The position numbers were made by a program, and so were the translations under genes. A stretch of 43,168 nucleotides of DNA from Candidatus Wolframiiraptor sinensis (GTDB lineage: Archaea > Thermoproteota > Nitrososphaeria_A > Caldarchaeales > Wolframiiraptoraceae): contig JALNKA010000008.1 in assembly GCA_023261815.1 (NCBI GenBank), forward strand, positions 1 through 43,168, given 5' to 3'. The notes below the pieces were generated by a model, which saw only the letters and a program-made list of their open reading frames with translations, was not told the DNA's origin and searched no databases. Positions 1-8,169 of this stretch are shown here, in pieces. Each line of letters opens with the position of its first letter. Position 1 is the stretch's first letter.

Positions 1-120
1 CGTTCAAGAAAATCTTAAACATTCTTATGCTATTAGCTCGGGGAGGGGTGGCGCCCCTCACCCAAATCTTACTGAAAAACTCTCGAGAAATACTTTCTTA
101 GAGGATTCCTGCACAACATA

Positions 121-128
121 TTTATATA
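121..128 (+). promoter_or_regulatory. Putative TATA box of the ubiquitin operon
   Basis: TTTATATA about 45 nt upstream of the ATG at 172; SD-like GGAGG/AGGAG lies between them. Confidence 0.5.
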
Positions 129-171
129 TCGTGTGGTCGCCCTATTCTCAGGCAGGAGGTTTGAAGGAGAT

Positions 172-408
172 ATGAAGATTAGGATTATTCCCGCCGTGGG
201 AGGGGGTAATCCCATCGAGCTTGATGTCTCACCCTCCACGACAATCGGAGCTATCAGGGCTAAGGTTTGCGCCATGAAGAAGCTTCCACCAGATACAACA
301 AGGCTCACCTACAGGGGTAGGGCGCTTAAGGACACGGAGACGCTCGAGTCAATAGGAGCGCAGGATGGAGATAAGCTCATACTGATAACTAGAACTGTCG
401 GAGGATAA
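172..408 (+). CDS. Eukaryote-like ubiquitin (78 aa), ending directly in di-glycine
   Basis: MKIRIIPAVGGGNPIELDV...TRLTYRGRALKDTETLESIG...LITRTVGG-stop; beta-grasp ubiquitin pattern very similar to Caldiarchaeum ubiquitin. ATG at 172 with upstream SD preferred over the ORF-track start at 133. Confidence 0.95.
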   Translation: MKIRIIPAVGGGNPIELDVSPSTTIGAIRAKVCAMKKLPPDTTRLTYRGRALKDTETLESIGAQDGDKLILITRTVGG

Positions 409-478
409 TTCTCGCGGATAATCCCCGATTTTCGGCGTTAAAACTAATTACTTCCCTCTCGGATATAGGAGTAATAGC

Positions 479-958
479 TTGAAAACGCAGCTTCCCGAGG
501 CTCTGTGGAGTAGGAGGCTTGCGCTAGAATACAAGTTGATGCGAGAGAATGAGCCTACCTTCGACATAGTGGATAATCAGCTGACGCACTACCGAGGAGT
601 GATCATTGGCGAGGGTCTCTATGAGGGCGGATTCTTCAAGGTCGAGGTGCTCGTTCCCCGAGCATTCCCCTACACGCCTCCCGACGTCATCTGGTGGACG
701 AGGATTTGGCATCCGAACTTCACGGATGAGGTTCCCGCGAGAATCTGCGAGTCGATCTTCAAGAATGACTGGAGTCCCTCGCTCCACCTCTTCTCCGTCA
801 TAGAGGCTTTAAGGAACCTACTCAATAACCCGAATCCCGATGATCCTTTAAACACGTTCGCCGCCGCTGAGATGAAGTATAGGCCGGATATTTTCGAGGC
901 GAGAGTCAGAAGATACATCGAGCTGTATGCTAGGCCGGAGTACGCCTTTCAGGATTAG
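479..958 (+). CDS. Ubiquitin-conjugating enzyme E2
   Basis: RRLALEY, FPYTPP, TRIWHPNF, catalytic Cys in RICESIF, DWSP and NPNPDDPLN motifs of the UBC fold. Confidence 0.95.
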   Translation: MKTQLPEALWSRRLALEYKLMRENEPTFDIVDNQLTHYRGVIIGEGLYEGGFFKVEVLVPRAFPYTPPDVIWWTRIWHPNFTDEVPARICESIFKNDWSPSLHLFSVIEALRNLLNNPNPDDPLNTFAAAEMKYRPDIFEARVRRYIELYARPEYAFQD

Positions 959-1027
959 CCGGGGAGCCCTGAAATGGGCGAGAAATAATACTCATATAAG
1001 CCACGTGAGCCGCTTCTCCATGGTAGA

Positions 1028-2215
1028 ATGACCGAGGAACGGAGAGATCTCGAGCGATATGATCGCCAGGTCAGGATTGAGGGCTGGGATCAGGAGAATC
1101 TTACTAGGGCTAAGATCGTGGTCGTTGGCGTTGGAGCAACCGGATGCGAGGTAGCAAAAAACCTTGCATTAATGGGCATCGGCAAGCTAGTTCTAGTCGA
1201 TAATGATGTGGTCGAGCTATCGAATTTGAGCAGGCAAATGCTCTTCTTGGATGATAACTTAGGCGAGCCTAAAGCCATAGTTGCCGCCGATAGGTTGAGG
1301 AAAATGAATCCCCTCGTGAAAGTTGAGCCGATCTTCGATGATGTTAGAAACCTTGATGAGTCGATCTTCGAGGAGGCAGACGTCCTGGTATCCTGCCTCG
1401 ATAATTGGCCTGTCAGGAGGTGGCTCAACTCGCTGGCGGTCGCGTTGAATAAACCGCTCGTGGACGTCGCGATGGAGGGGTTTTACGCCAACCTCCAGAT
1501 CGTTATTCCGAAGAAGACCGCTTGCCTGGAGTGCCATGGAGAGGAGCTCATGCCTAAGGAGATGCAGCTCGCCGAGTGCACGCTGAGAAGGAGAAAGCCC
1601 GAAGACCTAGTTCAAGACCTGAAGCAGGCTGGAATAGAGATAAGCTTGAAGGTCGCCGAGAAGCTCTTCGAGCACGATATCAAGACAGTATACGATCTGA
1701 AGTATGCTCAGGAAAGCGTGCTGATGAGACTCGATGATAAGACCTTGAAGATTGTTAGGGAGATTAGGGAGAAGCTAAGGCCGAAGCTCCCAGCGCTTCA
1801 AAGCGTCGCCGCCATGATCTCCGGATTGGCATCGACGGAGATAGCCAAGATACTCCATGGAGATAAGCTCGGAGAGCCCATAAAGGGGCTCCTAGTGTAT
1901 GACGGGCTTTCGGGGCAGTTCACGATCGCCGAGCTGGAGAGAAGCCCGGACTGCTTCGTCTGCGGGGACATCGTCGAGGAAGGGCTGACGATCACCGTCA
2001 AGCCCAGCGAGACAATTCTAGAGCTTAAGAAGAAGATAGCCGAGATGTTCAGCATTCCAGATCCCGAAGTACTATACCGGGAGTGGAGGCTCTCAGATGA
2101 TAAGAGGATCTCAGAGCTGGGAATCGGTGAGGGCGATACATTATATATCACCACCAGCAGAAGGTTCATGCCACTACAGTTAAGGGTTCGGATCTCCGAA
2201 GGTGATGGGCCTTGA
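1028..2215 (+). CDS. Ubiquitin-activating enzyme E1 (ThiF/MoeB adenylation domain plus C-terminal ubiquitin-fold domain)
   Basis: RYDRQ, GVGATG, DNDVVELSNLSRQ, CLEC and CFVC Zn pairs, candidate catalytic Cys in AECT; C-terminal ITVKPSETILELKKKI...LSDDKRISELGIGEGD is ubiquitin-like. Confidence 0.93.
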   Translation: MTEERRDLERYDRQVRIEGWDQENLTRAKIVVVGVGATGCEVAKNLALMGIGKLVLVDNDVVELSNLSRQMLFLDDNLGEPKAIVAADRLRKMNPLVKVEPIFDDVRNLDESIFEEADVLVSCLDNWPVRRWLNSLAVALNKPLVDVAMEGFYANLQIVIPKKTACLECHGEELMPKEMQLAECTLRRRKPEDLVQDLKQAGIEISLKVAEKLFEHDIKTVYDLKYAQESVLMRLDDKTLKIVREIREKLRPKLPALQSVAAMISGLASTEIAKILHGDKLGEPIKGLLVYDGLSGQFTIAELERSPDCFVCGDIVEEGLTITVKPSETILELKKKIAEMFSIPDPEVLYREWRLSDDKRISELGIGEGDTLYITTSRRFMPLQLRVRISEGDGP

Positions 2216-2445
2216 AGAGGATAATATTAGCAGAGGAGAAGAAGGCGGGTGAATGGGATCTAGAGTTCGAGGAGGAGAAGAAACCGGATATATGCCCGGT
2301 CTGCTCCGCGGAGATATATGAAGGGGTTCTCGTCTTTGAGTGCCCCTTCTGCGGAAATAAGATGCATGCTAGATGCGTTCAGCCCTGGATAGATGAGCGG
2401 GGAACATGTCCGATATGCAAAAGACCTTTATTACAGAAGGCCTGA
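2212..2445 (+). CDS. Small RING finger protein (E3 ligase, srfp-like)
   Basis: C-x2-C-x12-C-x2-C-x4-H-x2-C-x10-C-x2-C with conserved Trp (QPWI) and CPIC; overlaps the E1 stop by 4 nt. Confidence 0.9.
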   Translation: MKRIILAEEKKAGEWDLEFEEEKKPDICPVCSAEIYEGVLVFECPFCGNKMHARCVQPWIDERGTCPICKRPLLQKA

Positions 2446-2466
2446 GAAAATTAGAGGGGCTCGAGC

Positions 2467-2817
2467 TTGAGTAGGGCTGAAAAGGGCGGCATAGTCTTGG
2501 AGCCGAAGTATTTGGAGACCCCCAAGGGCAAGATCCCCACATATGATTTCGTCAAGGGGTTGGCGAAAGCCCTCGAGGTCCTAGATGAGGCCGTTGCGGA
2601 GCTTGAGGAGAAGATAAGAAACTTGGCGCCGGCTAACGTGTCAGAGCTAAACGACCTAAAGGCCAGGTTGGAGGGCGTCGAGGAGGGCTTAAGAAGCTTG
2701 GAAAAAAGGCTGGAGTTGGAGCTGGAGGATCTGAACGACAAGCTGACGACGCTGACCGACGTGGTTAATGATCTGGCGGAGAGGGTTCAGAGGCTCGAGG
2801 AGAGTATTAGGGGCTGA
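2467..2817 (+). CDS. Hypothetical coiled-coil protein
   Basis: 116 aa, heptad-rich E/L/K/R C-terminal two thirds; GAGGGG SD-like sequence; co-directional 21 nt after the RING gene. Confidence 0.75.
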   Translation: MSRAEKGGIVLEPKYLETPKGKIPTYDFVKGLAKALEVLDEAVAELEEKIRNLAPANVSELNDLKARLEGVEEGLRSLEKRLELELEDLNDKLTTLTDVVNDLAERVQRLEESIRG

Positions 2818-3646
2818 CGACCGCGCGCCTCATTTCGGCGATCAGCCTCTCGAGGCTTATCCGCTTATTCTCGAGCTCCTTTATCTCTGCTTCGAGCCTC
2901 TTCTTCCGCTCCTCAAGCATGTTAAGCTCGCTTCTCAGCTGGAGAACTCGCCTCTCGAGCTCCTCTGCCGACTCCTCCTTCTCCTTGAGCTTGGATAACT
3001 CCTGCCTCAGCTCAGCCTCTTTTCTTATGAGCCTCTCCATCCGTATCTCCCTTATCTTGAAGTCCCTGAGAAGGCCCTTGAACATGTTCTCGAGCCTATC
3101 TCTTGCCTCCTCTAGACTCTTCAGGTAGTTATTTTCCAGCTCCGAAATCCTGCGCTCAAGCTCGAGCTTCTTCTCCTCGAATTGCCTCAGCTCAGCCTCC
3201 CTGAGCGCGAGCTCCTTCTCCTTAGCGTCGAGCTCATTTCCCCACTTCCTCAGCTCCTGCCTTATAGTGGCGAGATCGCTCTTCTCTTTCAACAACGCCT
3301 CAACCTCCCTCTTTATTGCCTCGCGCTCCTTGCTCAAAGCATCAATGATATCCTTCAAGCCCTCCTGAATCGAGAGAAGCGTGCTCTCGTAAAGCCTGAC
3401 TTGGGCGAGCTCCTCGGAGACCTTTTCCGCCCTCTCGAGGAACACCGCGAGCCTAGACCTTATGCTCTCTGGCTGTGATGATATCGCCCCTAAAAGCGCC
3501 CGGATCTCAGCGAGACTAGACTCTATTTTTTTCAACGCATCACTGAGGGGCGTTATCCTCGCGGAGAACTCTCGCTCAAGTCGGCTCAGCCTCTCCTCTA
3601 TTTTATCCTCCAGCTCCTCGACCTTCTTTCCACCAAATGGTGCCAT
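2807..3646 (-). CDS. Hypothetical long coiled-coil protein
   Basis: 279 aa of almost continuous heptad pattern; TTATAA about 27 nt upstream (leaderless-type start). Confidence 0.8.
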   Translation of the reverse strand: MAPFGGKKVEELEDKIEERLSRLEREFSARITPLSDALKKIESSLAEIRALLGAISSQPESIRSRLAVFLERAEKVSEELAQVRLYESTLLSIQEGLKDIIDALSKEREAIKREVEALLKEKSDLATIRQELRKWGNELDAKEKELALREAELRQFEEKKLELERRISELENNYLKSLEEARDRLENMFKGLLRDFKIREIRMERLIRKEAELRQELSKLKEKEESAEELERRVLQLRSELNMLEERKKRLEAEIKELENKRISLERLIAEMRRAVVSP

Positions 3647-3801
3647 TTTCTAGGCAGGATTCCCTCAAAGCGTTATAAAAAGTTGATCCGCGCTTGGCCA
3701 TAGCTTCCGGTTGCATGCCATGTTACGAGTCGTTTATAAAGTGGGAGAACCGAACTTCTGGGGGGCGCTGTGCGAACTTGCTCACAACTAGGGAGGAGGT
3801 A

Positions 3802-4494
3802 ATGTCTAGGCTGTATAAGATCGGGTCGGGTGCAGCTGCTATGGGGGCGATTCATGTTCTTACACTTCTACTGAGCTGGTATGTTCAGGTGATTGATGGC
3901 ACCGAGAAATATGTTCAGGGTCTCGTGAGCCCATACGGGACGATGATGTCTCTCATCGGCGGAGCACTGGCGGGCGTGGGCGTGATCCTCATCCACTTCA
4001 TTAAGGGGCTCAGGAGCATGAAGAACGTCCTGGGGGTCTCGATAATCTTAGGCGGCATCCTCGCGACGATATCGCCAATATACTCATATTGGTTCTGGCT
4101 TCTCGAGCTCTCGAGCTACTCGAGGTTCGACCTAGGGTTCTTCGCGGCCGTCTTCACGGGTGTGATCTTGCTGGCCATAGGAGCTCTCGCAATACTCACG
4201 CCAATAAGGGAGGAGGTCATTTCAACGGCATTCACCGCTGTGCCGCCAGCCGCGCCGGAGTTCCTTGAAGCCGGCATGGCCGCTCCGAGCCCACCTAGGC
4301 CAGCGACTACAAAACTCGTCCCAGCATCTGACGTCGAGGAAGCAATATGTAGCATATGCTTCGACTTCATATCGGAGGGCGAAGCCGTGAGATGCAGCAA
4401 CTGTGACGCGTTATTTCACAGGGGATGCATAGAATCTTGGGTGAGCGTTAACGGGATATGCCCCAGCTGTAAGGCCATCGTCATGGAGAGCTAG
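3802..4494 (+). CDS. 4-TM membrane protein with C-terminal C4HC3 RING (putative membrane E3 ligase)
   Basis: Four hydrophobic segments, Pro/Ala-rich linker, then CSIC-x11-CSNC-x4-H-x2-C-IESW-x6-CPSC. ATG at 3802 preceded by GGAGGAGGT preferred over 3694. Confidence 0.85.
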   Translation: MSRLYKIGSGAAAMGAIHVLTLLLSWYVQVIDGTEKYVQGLVSPYGTMMSLIGGALAGVGVILIHFIKGLRSMKNVLGVSIILGGILATISPIYSYWFWLLELSSYSRFDLGFFAAVFTGVILLAIGALAILTPIREEVISTAFTAVPPAAPEFLEAGMAAPSPPRPATTKLVPASDVEEAICSICFDFISEGEAVRCSNCDALFHRGCIESWVSVNGICPSCKAIVMES

Positions 4495-4549
4495 AAGCCG
4501 GGCTAAAAGACTAATATAACGGCGGACTGATCGAAAACGAGGTCTCGCT

Positions 4550-6037
4550 ATGCAGCTGAAGCAGGACAAAGGTGTGAGCAGGAAATTCGAGGAATTGATT
4601 AAGCTGGCCCTCGAGAGGGGATTCTTCTCATCATCATCGGAGATCTATGGTGATGCTCCCGCAGGCTTCTGGGATTATGGGCCTCTCGGCGCCGCGATGA
4701 AGAGAAAGTTCATAGAGCTGTGGAGGAGGGAGCTGGTGAGAAGAGATGGAATGCTCGAGATCGATGGAGCGCAAATCCTGTCCAAGAGCGTCTTCAAGGC
4801 CTCCGGGCACCTAGACAGCTTCGTCGACCCCATAGCGCGATGTGGCAGATGCGGGGCAATATATCGCGTTGATAAGCTGATAGAGGAGAGGACCGGGCTG
4901 CACGTCCCAGAGAGATTGAACTTAGATGAGATGAGGAGAATGGTTGAGGAGAACGGGGTGAGGTGCACGCGATGCGGAGGTGAGCTGACGAGCTACTCCC
5001 ACTTCAACATGATGTTCAGGGTTGGCGTCGGCGTCGCGGAAGCGGACGCGTACCTTAGGCCGGAGACTTGCCAGAACATCTTTGTGGACTTTCTCAGGAT
5101 ATACAAGACGATGAGGAGGAAGCTTCCATTCGCGATAGCGCAGTATGGGAAGAGTTTCAGGAACGAGATCTCGCCGAGGCAGGGTCTTCTCAGGATGAGG
5201 GAGTTCTATCAGGCCGAGATAGAGGTTTTCTTCAACCCGAATAGGGCCAATGATTTGCCGAAGGCTGACGCTGTGATGGATTATGAGCTGAGGCTTCAGC
5301 AGGTCGGTGAAAGCGAGCCGACCGAGATCACGTGCAGAGAGGCCCTAGGCCGGGGGCTAGTCTCAAGCAAGCTCGTCGCCTACTACCTCGCCCTGATCCA
5401 GCAGTTCTACGAGAAGGCGGGGATCCCGAGGGAGAGGATTAGGCTGAGGCAACTCGGCGAGGATGAAAAGGCGTTCTACGCCGTCGAGGCCTGGGATCTG
5501 GAGGTTGAGACAAGCCTCGGGTGGATAGAGCTCGTCGCATGCAATAATAGGGGAGACCACGATCTCGGGGGCCATCAGAGGATGAGCGGCCACGAGATGG
5601 AGGTGCTCGATGACGGCCAGAAGGTTCTGCCTCATGTATTCGAGCTCTCGATGGGCGTTGATAGGAGCCTATACTGCATCCTCGAGAACTTCCTCAGTCT
5701 CGAGGACGGGAAAACGGTGCTCAGGCTGCCGCCTTACCTCGCGCCGATAGACGCCGCCATCCTGCCGCTCGTATCCAAGGAGCCACTAACCAGCAGGGCC
5801 CTGGAAATATACGATGAGCTGAAAAGAGATTTCGACGTGGAATACGATGACTCGGGGAGCATCGGAAGAAGGTACATGAGATACGATGAGATAGGCGTCC
5901 CAATATGCATAACCATCGATCATCAGACTATCGAGGATGGAAGCGTCACGGTAAGGTTCAGGGACTCAGCGCATCAGATCAGAGTGGATGCAAGCGACTT
6001 ACCCCACCTCTTAAGAGAGTGGCTGGCATATCCCTAG
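4550..6037 (+). CDS. glyS: Glycyl-tRNA synthetase (archaeal/eukaryotic alpha2 type)
   Basis: GFWDYGPLG, YLRPETCQ, SFRNEISPRQGLLRMREFYQAEIE, GSIGRRY anticodon-binding domain. Confidence 0.95.
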   Translation: MQLKQDKGVSRKFEELIKLALERGFFSSSSEIYGDAPAGFWDYGPLGAAMKRKFIELWRRELVRRDGMLEIDGAQILSKSVFKASGHLDSFVDPIARCGRCGAIYRVDKLIEERTGLHVPERLNLDEMRRMVEENGVRCTRCGGELTSYSHFNMMFRVGVGVAEADAYLRPETCQNIFVDFLRIYKTMRRKLPFAIAQYGKSFRNEISPRQGLLRMREFYQAEIEVFFNPNRANDLPKADAVMDYELRLQQVGESEPTEITCREALGRGLVSSKLVAYYLALIQQFYEKAGIPRERIRLRQLGEDEKAFYAVEAWDLEVETSLGWIELVACNNRGDHDLGGHQRMSGHEMEVLDDGQKVLPHVFELSMGVDRSLYCILENFLSLEDGKTVLRLPPYLAPIDAAILPLVSKEPLTSRALEIYDELKRDFDVEYDDSGSIGRRYMRYDEIGVPICITIDHQTIEDGSVTVRFRDSAHQIRVDASDLPHLLREWLAYP

Positions 6038-6089
6038 AGAAATCGCGAAAGGCTTTATATAGGCAATGCCCAGAAATCGAATAGAAGAA

Positions 6090-6755
6090 ATGAGCCTTCC
6101 GCGCGATAGAGAGGAAGATTTCCGGATAACAATTCTTAATCTCATACAGGATCAGGTTAGAGTTGTTCTGGATGGGTACCGCCTCCTCCTAGACATGCTG
6201 GAGCAATTCCTGAAGGGCGAGCAGACGAGCATAATCGAGGAAATTTATCAGAAGATATTGAAGAACGATGAGAAGGCGAAGGAGGCGAATCGCCTCGTCG
6301 AGAGGGAGATCTCGAGGATCGGTGCGATCCTAACATCCAGGGAGAACTTCGTGAGGCTGACGCTGGAGGTTGATAGGATAGCGGACATCACCGAGGGGGC
6401 CGCATTCAGGATCCTGAACCTGAGCAGGATGAAGACAAGGCTCGGGAAGGAAACCTGCAAGCTCTTCCTATCTCTTGGGGAGGCTGTCCTGACGACCCTG
6501 AACTCCATGCGGCAAGCTCTGCTCGCGACCACCCTGAACTCGTCGAGCCTGGTCGAGAAGATCGTGGAGACTGAGGCTAATGAGAAGAGGGCGGACGAGA
6601 TTTATAGGCAGCTCGACCTGGAGATTCTCAAGAGCAATCTTCAGATAGCTCAGCTGCTCCTATGCAGGGAGGTGGCTGAGATGATCGAGGACGTCTCCGA
6701 TCACGCCGAGAGAGTCACAGATATTCTACGGACATTGACTATTGTGCCCGTTTAG
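6090..6755 (+). CDS. DUF47 / PhoU-like phosphate transport regulator family protein
   Basis: Duplicated helical repeats with E-K-(A/R)-A-(K/D) and D-x-IAD / IEDVSDHAE motifs. Start at 6090 fits TTTATATA at 6054-6061; the ORF track starts at 6066. Confidence 0.75.
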   Translation: MSLPRDREEDFRITILNLIQDQVRVVLDGYRLLLDMLEQFLKGEQTSIIEEIYQKILKNDEKAKEANRLVEREISRIGAILTSRENFVRLTLEVDRIADITEGAAFRILNLSRMKTRLGKETCKLFLSLGEAVLTTLNSMRQALLATTLNSSSLVEKIVETEANEKRADEIYRQLDLEILKSNLQIAQLLLCREVAEMIEDVSDHAERVTDILRTLTIVPV

Positions 6756-6760
6756 AGGGC

Positions 6761-7321
6761 TTGGCCATGGTCGGGGAAGCCATCAGGGCCGAGCTCGTTC
6801 AAGGAAACATAATAGTGTGGGATGCGGAGAGCGGGAGAAAGCTGTATAGGATGGGATTCTATGGTAAGCCTCTCGGAATCTCGAAGCCGAAGTCCGCCGA
6901 GTTCGATGCGCCCCTCATCCTAGATATAATCGAGGCGGTATACCTTGTCGAGGAGAATTTGCTGGAGGTATACGAGGATGGAAGAAAAATGAGCTTGGAG
7001 GAGCTGATAGAATACGCTGAGAAATCCTACGAGAACTTCGGGGAGAAGTATCAGGTGTATAGGGATCTCAGGAAGAGGGGGTTCATCGTGACGCCTGGGA
7101 TAAAGTTTGGAAGCGATTTCGCGGTTTACAGGGTGGGGCCGGGCCTCGAGCACGCTCCCTTCATAGTCCAAGTCAAGCTTCTCGGGGAAAGCATCTCAGC
7201 CTTTGAGATAGTTAGATCCGGGAGGCTTGCGACGACTGTTAGGAAGTATTTCACGATCGCTGTTCCCGATCGCTCGGGTGGGAAGCCGACCTATATTCTC
7301 TTCGAGTGGTGGAGGGCTTAG
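6761..7321 (+). CDS. endA: tRNA-splicing endonuclease, catalytic subunit
   Basis: VYRDLRKRGF, GIKFGSDFAVY, GPGLEHA and RLATTVRK give the Tyr-His-Lys triad. Confidence 0.93.
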   Translation: MAMVGEAIRAELVQGNIIVWDAESGRKLYRMGFYGKPLGISKPKSAEFDAPLILDIIEAVYLVEENLLEVYEDGRKMSLEELIEYAEKSYENFGEKYQVYRDLRKRGFIVTPGIKFGSDFAVYRVGPGLEHAPFIVQVKLLGESISAFEIVRSGRLATTVRKYFTIAVPDRSGGKPTYILFEWWRA

Positions 7322-7328
7322 GCCCCTT

Positions 7329-8132
7329 TTATGCCGAGCTGTTGAGCTTCTCAGCTATCTCCCTCGCCCTCCTAGTAGCTGCCTCAACCGCCTTCATGAC
7401 CGCTGTCCTCACACCACCTTCCTCCAAGTAGAATATCCCCTCAATCGTCGTTCCGCCCGGCGTTAAAACCATCTCCTTTATCGTCGATGGATGCATCCCC
7501 GTCTCGAGCATTAGTTTCGCCGTGCCGTAGACGGTGTATGCTGAGGAGCGATAGGCAAGGTCTCTTGGAAGGCCGACCTTCAGCCCCGCGTAGGCCATGG
7601 CTTCTATGAGGAGGGCCACGTAGGCTGGCCCGCTCCCGCTCAGCGCCGTGATCGCGTCCATCAAGTCCTCATCAACCTCGACGTATGCTCCGAGCTCCCC
7701 CAGAAGCTCCTGAACCACCTTGATGTCTGATTCGGCCACGTTGGGGCCCCTGCAGTAGGCGGTGAAGCCGGCCTTCACGATCAGCCCAACATTGGGCATG
7801 GCTCTAATGATCTTCGCCTTCGGTGCTAGGGAGCTGAGCCTCGAGGTTGGAATCGCCGCGGCCACAGAGATCAGTAGCTTGCCATCAAGCAGGCTCGAGA
7901 CCTCCCTCAGGATCTGGGAAACTTTATTCGGCTTAACCGCTAGGAAGATCGCATCGGAGGCGCTTGCAACCCGCACATTATCCGTCGTGAGCTCTACTCC
8001 TACCCGCTCGAGATCCCTGATCTTCTCGAGGCTTCTCCGGGATGCCATCACCTTATACTTGCCGGACTCCGCGAGAGCCCGCGCTATAGCCGATCCTATC
8101 TGGCCCGCTCCGATAATGCCCACCCTCAGCAT
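7329..8132 (-). CDS. proC: Pyrroline-5-carboxylate reductase
   Basis: GIIGAGQIG, AVKP, RAMPN, TALSGSGPAY, TPGGTT. Confidence 0.95.
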   Translation of the reverse strand: MLRVGIIGAGQIGSAIARALAESGKYKVMASRRSLEKIRDLERVGVELTTDNVRVASASDAIFLAVKPNKVSQILREVSSLLDGKLLISVAAAIPTSRLSSLAPKAKIIRAMPNVGLIVKAGFTAYCRGPNVAESDIKVVQELLGELGAYVEVDEDLMDAITALSGSGPAYVALLIEAMAYAGLKVGLPRDLAYRSSAYTVYGTAKLMLETGMHPSTIKEMVLTPGGTTIEGIFYLEEGGVRTAVMKAVEAATRRAREIAEKLNSSA

Positions 8133-8169
8133 CTTCTCGCAGTATGGCGGAGGGGCTTAAATTAAGAGT

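Noticed and set aside
38-64. GGGGAGGGGTGGCGCCCCTCACCC hairpin resembling GGGAGGGGGTGGGCGCCGCC at ~29199-29218
   Set aside because: Short GC-rich similarity with different pairing registers; cannot be distinguished from chance, and the left copy is at the window edge.
2467-3646. Calling the coiled-coil genes SMC, CdvA or ESCRT-I subunits
   Set aside because: No Walker motifs, PRC barrel or UEV signature; generic heptads are not diagnostic.
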